Notes under the pieces: generated by a model
The model's database searches: none
Seen by the model: the letters and a program-made list of their open reading frames with translations, nothing else
Told to the model about the DNA's origin: nothing
Translations under genes and position numbers: made by a program
In this document: positions 17,469 through 26,177 of the stretch, in pieces
Layout: every line of letters begins with the position of its first letter
How positions within the stretch are numbered: the stretch's first letter is position 1
IMG/VR virus record: IMGVR_UViG_3300005758_001464
Location: 1 to 46,964 of that record
DNA length: 46,964 nucleotides
Direction: 5' to 3' (one strand)
Source of the DNA: a virus
Lineage: Duplodnaviria > Caudoviricetes

Positions 17469-17921
17469 TTACACTCCGGCTAGAGCTTTTAATTTAGCTT
17501 GCGCAGCAACTATTCCGTTTACCTCAATAGTAGATTCAAACTCAAAAATATTTCTAGCATTTCTAGTCATTGTGCTAAAAATATGCAATTGATCTCCCGG
17601 ATATATAACTTTCCTAAATTTTACCTGATCCGCATCTGAAAATAATATACCAAAACCTTTGAAGTATTTTGCGATCTCCGGATTATCTTCAACATATTTA
17701 AAGGCTAATATAGTACTAGCCTGAGCCATAGACTCAATCATCATTACTCCCGGCATGATAGGATTTTCAGGAAAATGCCCTTGAGCATATGGTTCATTTG
17801 CTGTAAAATTTTTAATTGCCTCTATGGATCGGTGATCATATTGCACCACTGAATCTATCATCAGAAAAGGGTATCGATGTGGCAATATTTCCAGTATTTG
17901 TTTTATAGAAAGTGATTTCAT
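17469..17921 (-). CDS. fabZ: 3-hydroxyacyl-ACP dehydratase
   Basis: LPHRYPFLMID, GHFP..PIMPGV, ESMAQ, KFRKVIYPGD. Confidence 0.95.
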   Translation of the reverse strand: MKSLSIKQILEILPHRYPFLMIDSVVQYDHRSIEAIKNFTANEPYAQGHFPENPIMPGVMMIESMAQASTILAFKYVEDNPEIAKYFKGFGILFSDADQVKFRKVIYPGDQLHIFSTMTRNARNIFEFESTIEVNGIVAAQAKLKALAGV

Positions 17922-18012
17922 GTTATGTATTATATAAACAACAACAGGATTAATCAATAATAATTTTACCCATAAAATTAACTTTAGTAAAGATCCGGTA
18001 CATAAATACTTG

Positions 18013-18381
18013 ATGATTATTGGACACGGAATAGATATAGTATCGCTAGAAAGATTTTATCAAATACCCATTGGTAGATTAGATAAGATGGCTAATAGAA
18101 TACTCACTGAACAAGAATTATCTAATTATAAAACAATAAGCAATCCAAAAAAGCCCGTATATATAGCAAAGATTTGGGCTAGTAAAGAAGCTATTTCCAA
18201 AGCTATAGGTACCGGTATACAAGAAAACACTACTTGGAAAAGTATGAATATACAAAATAATGCACTAGGCAAGCCGGAAGTAAAATTAGAAATACCCAAT
18301 GCTTATTGTTTACTCAGCATTAGTCACGAAAAAGAATATTTGGTAGCCAGTGCAATTCTGTGTTCTAGTGACCAAACTTAA
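18013..18381 (+). CDS. acpS: Holo-ACP synthase (phosphopantetheinyl transferase)
   Basis: GHGIDIV, WASKEAISKA.GTG, GKP, LSISHE; CATAAATA at 18001. Confidence 0.93.
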   Translation: MIIGHGIDIVSLERFYQIPIGRLDKMANRILTEQELSNYKTISNPKKPVYIAKIWASKEAISKAIGTGIQENTTWKSMNIQNNALGKPEVKLEIPNAYCLLSISHEKEYLVASAILCSSDQT

Positions 18382-18421
18382 TGTTTTACATTACTATATC
18401 GCAGCCTACCAAAATAAAAAT

Positions 18422-18976
18422 CTAACACAAATTGTCTAAAACTTCTTGATATGAATGTTCATGCCAACTATACGTTATAAATGAGCGTTTACTAGTTGAA
18501 ATTTTATAAACTGAATGTATTTCGCTGACATTTAATAGATATGATTCGTTTGATTTAGCTATAAAATGTCCAATTTGGTTTAATTTAGATGCGTCGAATA
18601 TATTAGATTGATCTCGTCCCGGATAAGCAGTACCTGATACATTTGAGTTTTTTTCGTAAAAACAGGTACGATCTTTTTCCGCAGATAGGTATACATTTAA
18701 ATTTACTAACGGACCGTGGTCTATATGGGCCCCTAAAAGACCACTGCCGGTTATCTGCGAGTAAATTATATAATTAGGTTTTATTTTACAAAATGACCGT
18801 GTGTGCAATGACAGCACGTCATCCAAATTTTCAATCACAAAATATTCTAACAATGTTCCGGTGCCGGCGAAGGATGTAATTAATTTCCCCAACTTAAGTT
18901 TAGGTACAATATCCACACTTGTATCTAAAAAATTTTCTACTTTTGTAAAATAGTTGGTTAATTTGGACGTAGACAT
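18422..18976 (-). CDS. Hypothetical DSBH/2OG-oxygenase-like protein
   Basis: AHIDH...LNVYL...YLLNVSEIHSV...RSF. Confidence 0.6.
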   Translation of the reverse strand: MSTSKLTNYFTKVENFLDTSVDIVPKLKLGKLITSFAGTGTLLEYFVIENLDDVLSLHTRSFCKIKPNYIIYSQITGSGLLGAHIDHGPLVNLNVYLSAEKDRTCFYEKNSNVSGTAYPGRDQSNIFDASKLNQIGHFIAKSNESYLLNVSEIHSVYKISTSKRSFITYSWHEHSYQEVLDNLC

Positions 18977-19057
18977 TCTTTTTTAAAAGCTTAAGTTAGA
19001 CTAAGTAAAATATATAGATATTTATATCCTGTACTTAATTAAATTTAAACTTCAAAA

Positions 19058-19612
19058 ATGCGAGCCGTAACGTGGATTCCCAATTCTGACAAAGATTTAG
19101 ATCATTTGTTTAATGAACTTCGTAAAATTCAACACAACAACACTAATCATCCGCTGTGGCAAAATTATAATAAAGAACATTTTTATTCTGAATGTTCGGC
19201 ACTGAGTATATCATTTGACGAACATGATGTTCCTATATTTTGTAGTAGTATCTTGAAAAGAGCTTGTTGGCCTAATCAAGTGTATAGAATAATCAATCGG
19301 CTTTGGAAAGTATCGCCGATATCCGAACCTTTAAAAAACTCTCATCCGGCATTGGGGCCCATGCTGTATTCTCAGTTGGATTGGCTTGAAAAAAACACTA
19401 ACTGTGAGCTAGTTTTTATAAGCAGAGAAACGCCTAATTGGCAACGTTGGACTATTAAACAACTGGCTAAAAATTATAATTTGCATTTTGGGGTTGACGA
19501 TTATAAATACTTAACTTGCAGTAATTCAACTGACGATAGTTGTTGGCAACATATCATATATCAAGGGAACATAAAATTATTAACTCACTGGCAGAAAAAA
19601 TTAGACAACTAA
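19058..19612 (+). CDS. Hypothetical protein, possible acyltransferase (GNAT-like)
   Basis: 184-aa ORF; YRIINRLW and LVFISRE segments; fold guess is weak. Confidence 0.5.
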   Translation: MRAVTWIPNSDKDLDHLFNELRKIQHNNTNHPLWQNYNKEHFYSECSALSISFDEHDVPIFCSSILKRACWPNQVYRIINRLWKVSPISEPLKNSHPALGPMLYSQLDWLEKNTNCELVFISRETPNWQRWTIKQLAKNYNLHFGVDDYKYLTCSNSTDDSCWQHIIYQGNIKLLTHWQKKLDN

Positions 19613-20382
19613 TATTTTGGGCTCCTATATGGGGAGGACTACTACCCATACACATTTTTGGAGTTTATGCGATTATTATGTTATTCTCAAATAACAGTCC
19701 TGATTATTGGTGGATTTACTCTATCATAGGATATGTATGCATAATGATGTTAGGGTTAAGTGCCTGTTATCATAGGCTTCTCAGTCATCGTAGTTTTACT
19801 ACGGGAGTATGGCGCAAACGATTTATACTATGGTGCGCAATAATGAGTGGACAAGGTAGTCCAATCAGTTGGGTTCTAGTCCACAGGGGATATCATCATA
19901 GATTATCTGATACTGATAAAGATCCGCATAGCCCCAAACATGGTTTTTGGCATTCATATGTAGGTTGGATGTTTAAAATAAAGCCAGATACATTAAGCCC
20001 TAAATATGTAGTAGACTTAATGCGCGATCAAGACGTAGTTTTTGCTCATACTCACTATTTAAAGATTTTTTGGATAAGTCATGCTCTTCTAATTTTACTG
20101 AATCCCACAGTGTGGATATGGGGTGTTATGTTTCCTTCGTTAATTGCGTTTCATAGCTATGCATTGAACACTAGTGTCAATCATTGGACGAAATTAGGAT
20201 ACAAAAATTATGAAACAAAAGATGACAGTATGAACGTAGTTTGGTTATGGCCTTTAATTTTAGGTGAAGCTTGGCATAACAATCATCATGGTCTTGCTAG
20301 CAGCAGCAACTTTGGTGGAAAGCGTTGGTGGGAATTAGATCCCACAAACTGGCTTATTTGGTTGATACGTTCTGATCGATAA
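19540..20382 (+). CDS. Membrane fatty-acyl desaturase 3 (start codon uncertain)
   Basis: HRLLSH, HRGYHH (HX3HH), GEAWHNNHH. Confidence 0.92.
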   Translation: MLATYHISREHKIINSLAEKIRQLIFWAPIWGGLLPIHIFGVYAIIMLFSNNSPDYWWIYSIIGYVCIMMLGLSACYHRLLSHRSFTTGVWRKRFILWCAIMSGQGSPISWVLVHRGYHHRLSDTDKDPHSPKHGFWHSYVGWMFKIKPDTLSPKYVVDLMRDQDVVFAHTHYLKIFWISHALLILLNPTVWIWGVMFPSLIAFHSYALNTSVNHWTKLGYKNYETKDDSMNVVWLWPLILGEAWHNNHHGLASSSNFGGKRWWELDPTNWLIWLIRSDR

Positions 20383-20617
20383 GCTGTACTATAGCGTCAT
20401 GCAACGGGCGTAATGTTTTTGCAGTCGATGTTGCGGGGTGATCTACATCTATTTCTATGTTGAAATGTTCTTCGCAGCATAGAATTAACTCCGTTGAACT
20501 CAGACTGTCTAATCCCAAATCATTTCTAAAACTTAAATCCAAATGCAATGGATTAATCTTTTTTTTATTAAAAAATTTGTCTACTATGGACAATAATTGT
20601 TCTTCAACAGTTTTCAT
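20354..20617 (-). CDS. Acyl carrier protein 2
   Basis: FRNDLGLDSLSSTELI..EEHFNIEI. Confidence 0.9.
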   Translation of the reverse strand: MKTVEEQLLSIVDKFFNKKKINPLHLDLSFRNDLGLDSLSSTELILCCEEHFNIEIDVDHPATSTAKTLRPLHDAIVQLIDQNVSTK

Positions 20618-20635
20618 AATTGCGTATAGTATATA

Positions 20636-21502
20636 TTAAAACATTAACTTATATTGCTGGTATCTTTGTAACATCTGTAGGTATGGTTCATTTTCTTCCA
20701 CAGGAGCTAGATCAGTTGGTTGCATTTTTTCAGCAGGAACCGCTAATATATTACTGACTCCATACATATCAAATGGATTTTCGTCTGATTGCTTGTATGT
20801 GGGCGCCAATGGTTTATTCCTACATGTTACCCAATACTGTTTGTACTGCATGTCGCGCAAATATTCAAAACAAGGTCCGTAACTATTAGGTTCTATCGCT
20901 TCATAAAAAACCACTGGACGATTTGCATTAAGTAATCTAGTCGCACCTTGCAATACGTCTAATTCATGGCCCTCAACGTCTATTTTAATTAAATCACAAT
21001 GAGTTAATTCTTCTAGTTCATCTAATTTAATCAAACTAACTTCCACTGTTCCTTCTTCAGAAATAGACACCTCACCAAAATTACCCGATTTTTCAGGATC
21101 AAAATCTTTAATATTGATTACTCCATTAGAGTTTCCAACTGCGGTATTGTATATCCTAATAGGTTTATCTTTGCAATTATAGGCTGCAATAGCGAAATGA
21201 TTAGGGTGTGGTTCGAATCCTCGTACTTGGCAACCAACACGTTGGTGCACTGCAAGTGCATGGTAGCCTATATTAGTTCCCACATCTACATATATGCTTT
21301 CAGGGGTAAGATACCTAGACATAATATCAACTTCGGCATCACAGTATTCACCGAATAGAGCTAGAGAATAGCTAATGATATTATCATTTTTGTATACTAG
21401 CATCTCGCCTACTTTAGTATCAGTTGTGCCTAAGATGGGCTTAAGTTGATTTAAGTGTTCGTTAACGTCAAAAGTTTTGATTTTATTAGTTTGTTTAGCC
21501 AT
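20636..21502 (-). CDS. FkbM-family methyltransferase
   Basis: VDVGTNIG, FEP, IKIDVEGHE..VLQG. Confidence 0.9.
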   Translation of the reverse strand: MAKQTNKIKTFDVNEHLNQLKPILGTTDTKVGEMLVYKNDNIISYSLALFGEYCDAEVDIMSRYLTPESIYVDVGTNIGYHALAVHQRVGCQVRGFEPHPNHFAIAAYNCKDKPIRIYNTAVGNSNGVINIKDFDPEKSGNFGEVSISEEGTVEVSLIKLDELEELTHCDLIKIDVEGHELDVLQGATRLLNANRPVVFYEAIEPNSYGPCFEYLRDMQYKQYWVTCRNKPLAPTYKQSDENPFDMYGVSNILAVPAEKMQPTDLAPVEENEPYLQMLQRYQQYKLMF

Positions 21503-21522
21503 ACAGTATGTATCAAAGAAAT

Positions 21523-21849
21523 TTATACTCTAAAACTTTCTCCGCACCCACATCTATCTTTCTCTTTAGGATTTATAAAATCAAATCCTTCATTAAGACC
21601 CTGCCGTTTCCATTCCATGGTCATGCCGTCGATATATTGTAGGTCTTTGGTATTTACCCAAATATTTACATCATAGCTTTCATATTTTACCCACTCTTCA
21701 TGATTCGGTGCTACATCCACGTATTCTAATTTATACGCCAGCCCACTGCATCCCGTAGTTTTAACACCTATCATTATTCCTAAACCCTTGCCTCGGGTCA
21801 AAAGTTGTTGTTTTACTTTGTTCGCTGCTTTTTCAGTTAAGGTAATCAT
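21523..21849 (-). CDS. iscA: Fe-S cluster A-type carrier
   Basis: TTGCSGLAY, CGCGESF. Confidence 0.95.
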   Translation of the reverse strand: MITLTEKAANKVKQQLLTRGKGLGIMIGVKTTGCSGLAYKLEYVDVAPNHEEWVKYESYDVNIWVNTKDLQYIDGMTMEWKRQGLNEGFDFINPKEKDRCGCGESFRV

Positions 21850-22028
21850 TTTTTAATTAAATTAATACATGAGGCAGAAACTCTATACTTTTCTATCTGC
21901 CAGCTATTTAAAATAGTTGCTTTTGCTGTTATGCATTCTTCTTTGGTAGTAAAATGCATAATCAATGACCCGTCATTTTTATTAATGGGGGATCCATTTA
22001 AAATAGCAATTACAACTAAACTCCACAT
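21846..22028 (-). CDS. Small hypothetical protein
   Basis: 60 aa, overlapping iscU and iscA; F.TKEEC...ASC. Confidence 0.55.
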   Translation of the reverse strand: MWSLVVIAILNGSPINKNDGSLIMHFTTKEECITAKATILNSWQIEKYRVSASCINLIKK

Positions 22029-22396
22029 TTTTTTCTATAGTCTAAAATTGCAGACTTTATCGCATCTTCTGCTAATATCGAACAGTGAATTTTAACAGGC
22101 GGTAACGCGAGTTCCTCCGCAATTTCAGTGTTCTTAATTTCATTAGCTTCATGAAGGGTTTTGCCCTTAAGCCAAGTCGTAACGAGCGATGAACTCGCAA
22201 TCGCCGAACCGCAACCGTATGTCTTGAATTTGGCGTCTGTGATAATTTCATTTTCTACTTTTATTTGAAGTTTCAAAACATCACCGCAAGCAGGTGCACC
22301 AACAAGACCAGTACCAACGGAAGGATCGCTAGTATCAAAACTACCCACGTTTCGGGGGTTTTCATAATGGTCTAATACCTTATCCGAATAAGCCAT
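22016..22396 (-). CDS. iscU: Fe-S scaffold protein
   Basis: MAYSDKVLDHYENPRNVG, GAPACGD, YGCGSAIASSS, LPPVKIHC. Confidence 0.98.
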   Translation of the reverse strand: MAYSDKVLDHYENPRNVGSFDTSDPSVGTGLVGAPACGDVLKLQIKVENEIITDAKFKTYGCGSAIASSSLVTTWLKGKTLHEANEIKNTEIAEELALPPVKIHCSILAEDAIKSAILDYRKKCGV

Positions 22397-22397
22397 A

Positions 22398-22511
22398 TTA
22401 CTTCCTAAAACTACTTAAAATTTTATTTTGTAAATTTTTTGCAAATTCAGGTTGCGGAAAATTCCAACCTACAAACATACCTATTGCCAACCAAAATAAA
22501 GTTTCTAGCAT
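22398..22511 (-). CDS. 37-aa single-TM protein (not in ORF track)
   Basis: MLETLFWLAIGMFVGWNFPQPEFAKNLQNKILSSFRK; GGAGA RBS; AATAAATA upstream. Confidence 0.65.
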   Translation of the reverse strand: MLETLFWLAIGMFVGWNFPQPEFAKNLQNKILSSFRK

Positions 22512-22556
22512 AATTATTCTCCATAAATTATGCTAGTATTTATTACACTACCTATG

Positions 22557-23102
22557 TCAATGTTTAGCGTAAAAAATATGATTACCTATTTTCTTTATTT
22601 TTTTGTATCGCCATTCGGGGTCCACATGCGTAGCGTGAAAAAACAATGTATTTTTAGTAACAACTGTTTTATATTTGTCCAACACTAAAACATCATACGC
22701 CACTTGCATTGCTTTTTTAAATTTAGGATCTTTCTCGTTAGGTTTGCTTATATTGTCACAAACCCATGAAAATTGACAAACCTTTACCTTTGGTCTATCT
22801 TCACCTTTATGAAAATAATTTACTTGATATACCACTTTACATGGTGTAGGAGCGAATCCGTGATTTACTCGATTGAGTATTACTCTAGCAACTGCTGCTT
22901 GACCATCTATATGCTCATGCCTAGCTTCATAAAAAATGCCAGTCGCTATGCATTTTAATTGAGTAAAATCTACCGTAGACTTTCTGTGATGTTTAACATT
23001 ATCCATCCCAGCAGCTAAAGGTATACTAGCAGTAAAACCAAAAAGTAAAACAATGGGCATTAAAAGGTGTACCCTAACCTTCCCAAAAAATTTGTGCATC
23101 AT
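22557..23102 (-). CDS. SleB/Hydrolase_2 cell wall hydrolase
   Basis: CIATGIFYEAR.E, AVARVILNRV, CQFSW, IGNHIFY; N-terminal signal/TM. Confidence 0.9.
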   Translation of the reverse strand: MMHKFFGKVRVHLLMPIVLLFGFTASIPLAAGMDNVKHHRKSTVDFTQLKCIATGIFYEARHEHIDGQAAVARVILNRVNHGFAPTPCKVVYQVNYFHKGEDRPKVKVCQFSWVCDNISKPNEKDPKFKKAMQVAYDVLVLDKYKTVVTKNTLFFHATHVDPEWRYKKIKKIGNHIFYAKH

Positions 23103-23180
23103 TTATCTCCTTTCTTCCATGGATGTGGAACACCCATAGTTGTTAGTTAACACAATGACAGCGGTTAAATTAATAACTTA

Positions 23181-25211
23181 TCATAACAGATCCCAGCAAT
23201 CACAGTTACAAAGAATTACATCTTCGACTGCTTGTTCTGGTGCTAGTACGGACCGGTCCGCGGGTTGGACTAATATACTGAGATTATCCGGTACTAGCGT
23301 AGTTTCAGGACTGCCTGCAAGGCTTCCTGGTACTGTTGCAGCTCCAGTAACGATAGGGATATCGTTAAGTGTGCTGCTATTTGGGTACCCTATTATAGGG
23401 GATTCTTCTAATGTAGATCCTGATACCCTAGGTAAAACCAAACTATCGGCAACAATATTGTTGTCTTGGGATAGCCCGGCAAGACCTAACCTGTTTGCGT
23501 TTCTCGCCTCACGCATGGCCGCAATTAAATAATTTCCTCCTTCAGTTGTGATATCTGCTATATTCTCTAGCACCTGCGCAGTACCTTCGATTTCAGTATC
23601 AGTTGCATACTGAGACAGATTATCCATAAACAGCATAATGTCAGATACATTACTCTGTAATTCTGTGGTTATCCCTAACGCCAAATTTCTAGCGTCTTGT
23701 TCTTTCTTTAATTTTTCACCAAATGTTTCGTATAAACTATTCACTTGAACTGCTAGTATTCCATTTGCAGCAGCAATATTTACAATTTCATTATTGGCTT
23801 GCGTTATCAGTGTTTGCAGGTTGGTATATGGTCCCGCACTAGAAACTAGATTATATATGCTATTATAAATTGACGCAAGACTATTGGTTATTAAATTATT
23901 GACACCATTTTGCAATGTTTGCCAATCATAATGAACACTAGTCATGCTACCGAAAAAATCACAGGTCGTATAAAGATTCCCAACACCCGAACCTTTAGCT
24001 ATTGCATTTATTGCAATATTTGCATATTCAACATCTGTTGGAATCGTTGATCCATTAACTCCCAAATCACTAACGTTTTCCAAATTCATTACTACTTGAC
24101 TGAATTTTTCGATACTAGTTGTTTTTATATTTTTAATTTGCATCATCGAAATAGCGAATGCATCTGCCGCAAATGCTAATTCAGGGGGAATAATATTAAA
24201 TAAACGTTGTCCTATTCCTGAATTCAAATCAGTATTTACATCACTACCTGTATATATTAATTGATATGTTTTGCTATTAGTAGGCAATGTGATGGTATTG
24301 TATATTGGATAAGTTAATGTATTATAACTATTAGGAAATAATTTTTTTAGGTCTAACAGGTCTGCAAGAGATTCTAAATTTTTGGTTTGACAATTTAATG
24401 GTATACACGCATCATTCAAATCTTGACCCACTATCATACAAAAAGATGCATATATTAACTTAAGTTGTTCGGTTGTAGCGGGGACCCCATTAGATAAATT
24501 AGCAATGTCCGTAGATGTTAGACCTGCACTAGATAGTGCTAAATTAACTGCCGATGTTAGTGCTTGATTTTTATACAACGTCATTAATAAATATTGAGGA
24601 TTGCCAAATTGATCTATGTATTCTAAATCAATAGACTTGCCCGAAGCAATTAAATCTTGTCCCCAATAGAATGTGCTTAAACTAACACCGGTGATATCGC
24701 TAGTTATTAGGTCATTCATGTTGCTATAAATGCCATCTAAGTAAGTGATAGATTTATTCAACGCTTTAATCGTATCATTTTGCTGATTTTTTGTTCCATT
24801 GCATGTATTGAATGTGCTTAAAAAATCACTATAGCTACCATTGTTGATGTAAAATTCTTGATATGCTTGATATGGAATTAGTCGTAGCCATCCATAACTT
24901 GTAATTTCACCTGTATATGAATTAGTGTAGCTATTGGGCTTTGCGATCCCCAATACTGGTATAGAATTACTTCCTATAGAAATTAAGTTATTATACGTAG
25001 ATAAATCTATTCCACTACCTATTTTAGTATATGCAACTCTGATTGCATCAGACAACACACCCAAACTAGACGTAGTTAAAATTGACCCTTTAGAGTAGTT
25101 ATTTAATGCCGTGCTGGATCCCATATAACTCACTGCTTGCTCATTTATACGTAATCCTTGTCCTTGAACTAGTGCGCCCAAGGTATTAACTTTTAAAGGG
25201 GTTAAACTCAT
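23181..25211 (-). CDS. Hypothetical protein, probable virion/baseplate-associated
   Basis: 676 aa, S/T/N-rich, coupled to the PAAR gene; C-terminal CNCDCW. Confidence 0.6.
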   Translation of the reverse strand: MSLTPLKVNTLGALVQGQGLRINEQAVSYMGSSTALNNYSKGSILTTSSLGVLSDAIRVAYTKIGSGIDLSTYNNLISIGSNSIPVLGIAKPNSYTNSYTGEITSYGWLRLIPYQAYQEFYINNGSYSDFLSTFNTCNGTKNQQNDTIKALNKSITYLDGIYSNMNDLITSDITGVSLSTFYWGQDLIASGKSIDLEYIDQFGNPQYLLMTLYKNQALTSAVNLALSSAGLTSTDIANLSNGVPATTEQLKLIYASFCMIVGQDLNDACIPLNCQTKNLESLADLLDLKKLFPNSYNTLTYPIYNTITLPTNSKTYQLIYTGSDVNTDLNSGIGQRLFNIIPPELAFAADAFAISMMQIKNIKTTSIEKFSQVVMNLENVSDLGVNGSTIPTDVEYANIAINAIAKGSGVGNLYTTCDFFGSMTSVHYDWQTLQNGVNNLITNSLASIYNSIYNLVSSAGPYTNLQTLITQANNEIVNIAAANGILAVQVNSLYETFGEKLKKEQDARNLALGITTELQSNVSDIMLFMDNLSQYATDTEIEGTAQVLENIADITTEGGNYLIAAMREARNANRLGLAGLSQDNNIVADSLVLPRVSGSTLEESPIIGYPNSSTLNDIPIVTGAATVPGSLAGSPETTLVPDNLSILVQPADRSVLAPEQAVEDVILCNCDCWDLL

Positions 25212-25480
25212 GGCACAAAGACGTTAGAACTTCCTTGAATTATACTGTGCCCACAACTATTACCTGATCCTACTCGAAGCACAGGTGCATTTTCGGCAAA
25301 GACTGTGGGGCTACCGTCAGTAGTCACTGCTGCATCGTGTGGGCTACCCCAAGGCGCGTGAGGTGTGATGGGGCTAACGTGTAATCCCACTTTAATTCCG
25401 TTACACAAAACAGTGCTAGCACCGCGTGTTATAGCGCCGCCGGGCTGATTTGTGTCACCTACACGACTTAATTTTGGCAT
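25208..25480 (-). CDS. PAAR spike-tip protein (gp5.4-like)
   Basis: SRVGD, GSPTVFAENAPVLRVG, CGH, GSSNVF. Confidence 0.9.
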   Translation of the reverse strand: MPKLSRVGDTNQPGGAITRGASTVLCNGIKVGLHVSPITPHAPWGSPHDAAVTTDGSPTVFAENAPVLRVGSGNSCGHSIIQGSSNVFVP

Positions 25481-25484
25481 TTAA

Positions 25485-25781
25485 TTATCCTACTAATATT
25501 TTTTTATCCGGTACTGTTATTCCGGTGGTAACTTCTATATATTTAACCTTAACGCTTTCATCTGTTTCTGCATAGATAGTAACGTTATTAATATTTAGCG
25601 TAACTTCACCATCTATATCAGCAGTGAACATACTAGGAATCAATCCTATTCCCTTACCGTTAGGGGCAACAGAGACTGGATTAGAAACTTTAAGTATATT
25701 AGAATCTATTCTATTGGTTACCTTAGCTATTAACTCTTCTCCTGAACTCAACTTAAATGTGTATATTTTATTAATTTCCAT
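25485..25781 (-). CDS. Conserved phage hypothetical (Sm-like fold probable)
   Basis: FKLSSGEELIAKV...Y...TTGI pattern. Confidence 0.6.
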   Translation of the reverse strand: MEINKIYTFKLSSGEELIAKVTNRIDSNILKVSNPVSVAPNGKGIGLIPSMFTADIDGEVTLNINNVTIYAETDESVKVKYIEVTTGITVPDKKILVG

Positions 25782-26023
25782 TATTTGCTTTCTGTTATTA
25801 ATTTTTTCTTTAATTCTGTAAATCCACCTACCAATTCACCATCTAAAAATATTTGCGGAACCGTTCTTGCGGTTGGTACTGCTTCTAGCAAATCTTCTTT
25901 AGAATAGCCATCTCCTATTTTCTTTTCTTCATATTCTATGCCCTTTGCTTCCAACAATGCTTTTGCTTGATCACAAAACGGACAATGATACTTACTCCAA
26001 ATTATTGCCTTCAATTTTTTCAC
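25781..26023 (-). CDS. Glutaredoxin
   Basis: CPFC, TVPQIF, VGGF. Confidence 0.95.
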   Translation of the reverse strand: MKKLKAIIWSKYHCPFCDQAKALLEAKGIEYEEKKIGDGYSKEDLLEAVPTARTVPQIFLDGELVGGFTELKKKLITESK

Positions 26024-26174
26024 TCTCCTGTGTAGAAAATTTAGATAATGCCTGTGTTAACTCTTTAATTTTTTGAGAATCCCAACTATTATGTGATTCT
26101 AAACCCATTGATTTCATTTTGCAAGGACAAAATAAATCGTCACCCTGAGGACCCATACATGCGCAGATATTCAT
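25992..26174 (-). CDS. Small Cys-rich hypothetical protein
   Basis: CACMGPQ...FCPC; fills the nrdB-grx gap. Confidence 0.5.
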   Translation of the reverse strand: MNICACMGPQGDDLFCPCKMKSMGLESHNSWDSQKIKELTQALSKFSTQESEKIEGNNLE

Positions 26175-26177
26175 AGT

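Noticed and set aside
5384-22396. Bacterial chromosome or chimera origin of the fab/isc genes
   Set aside because: Similar AT-rich composition, phage late-promoter motifs and seamless packing with phage genes; read-level confirmation was not possible
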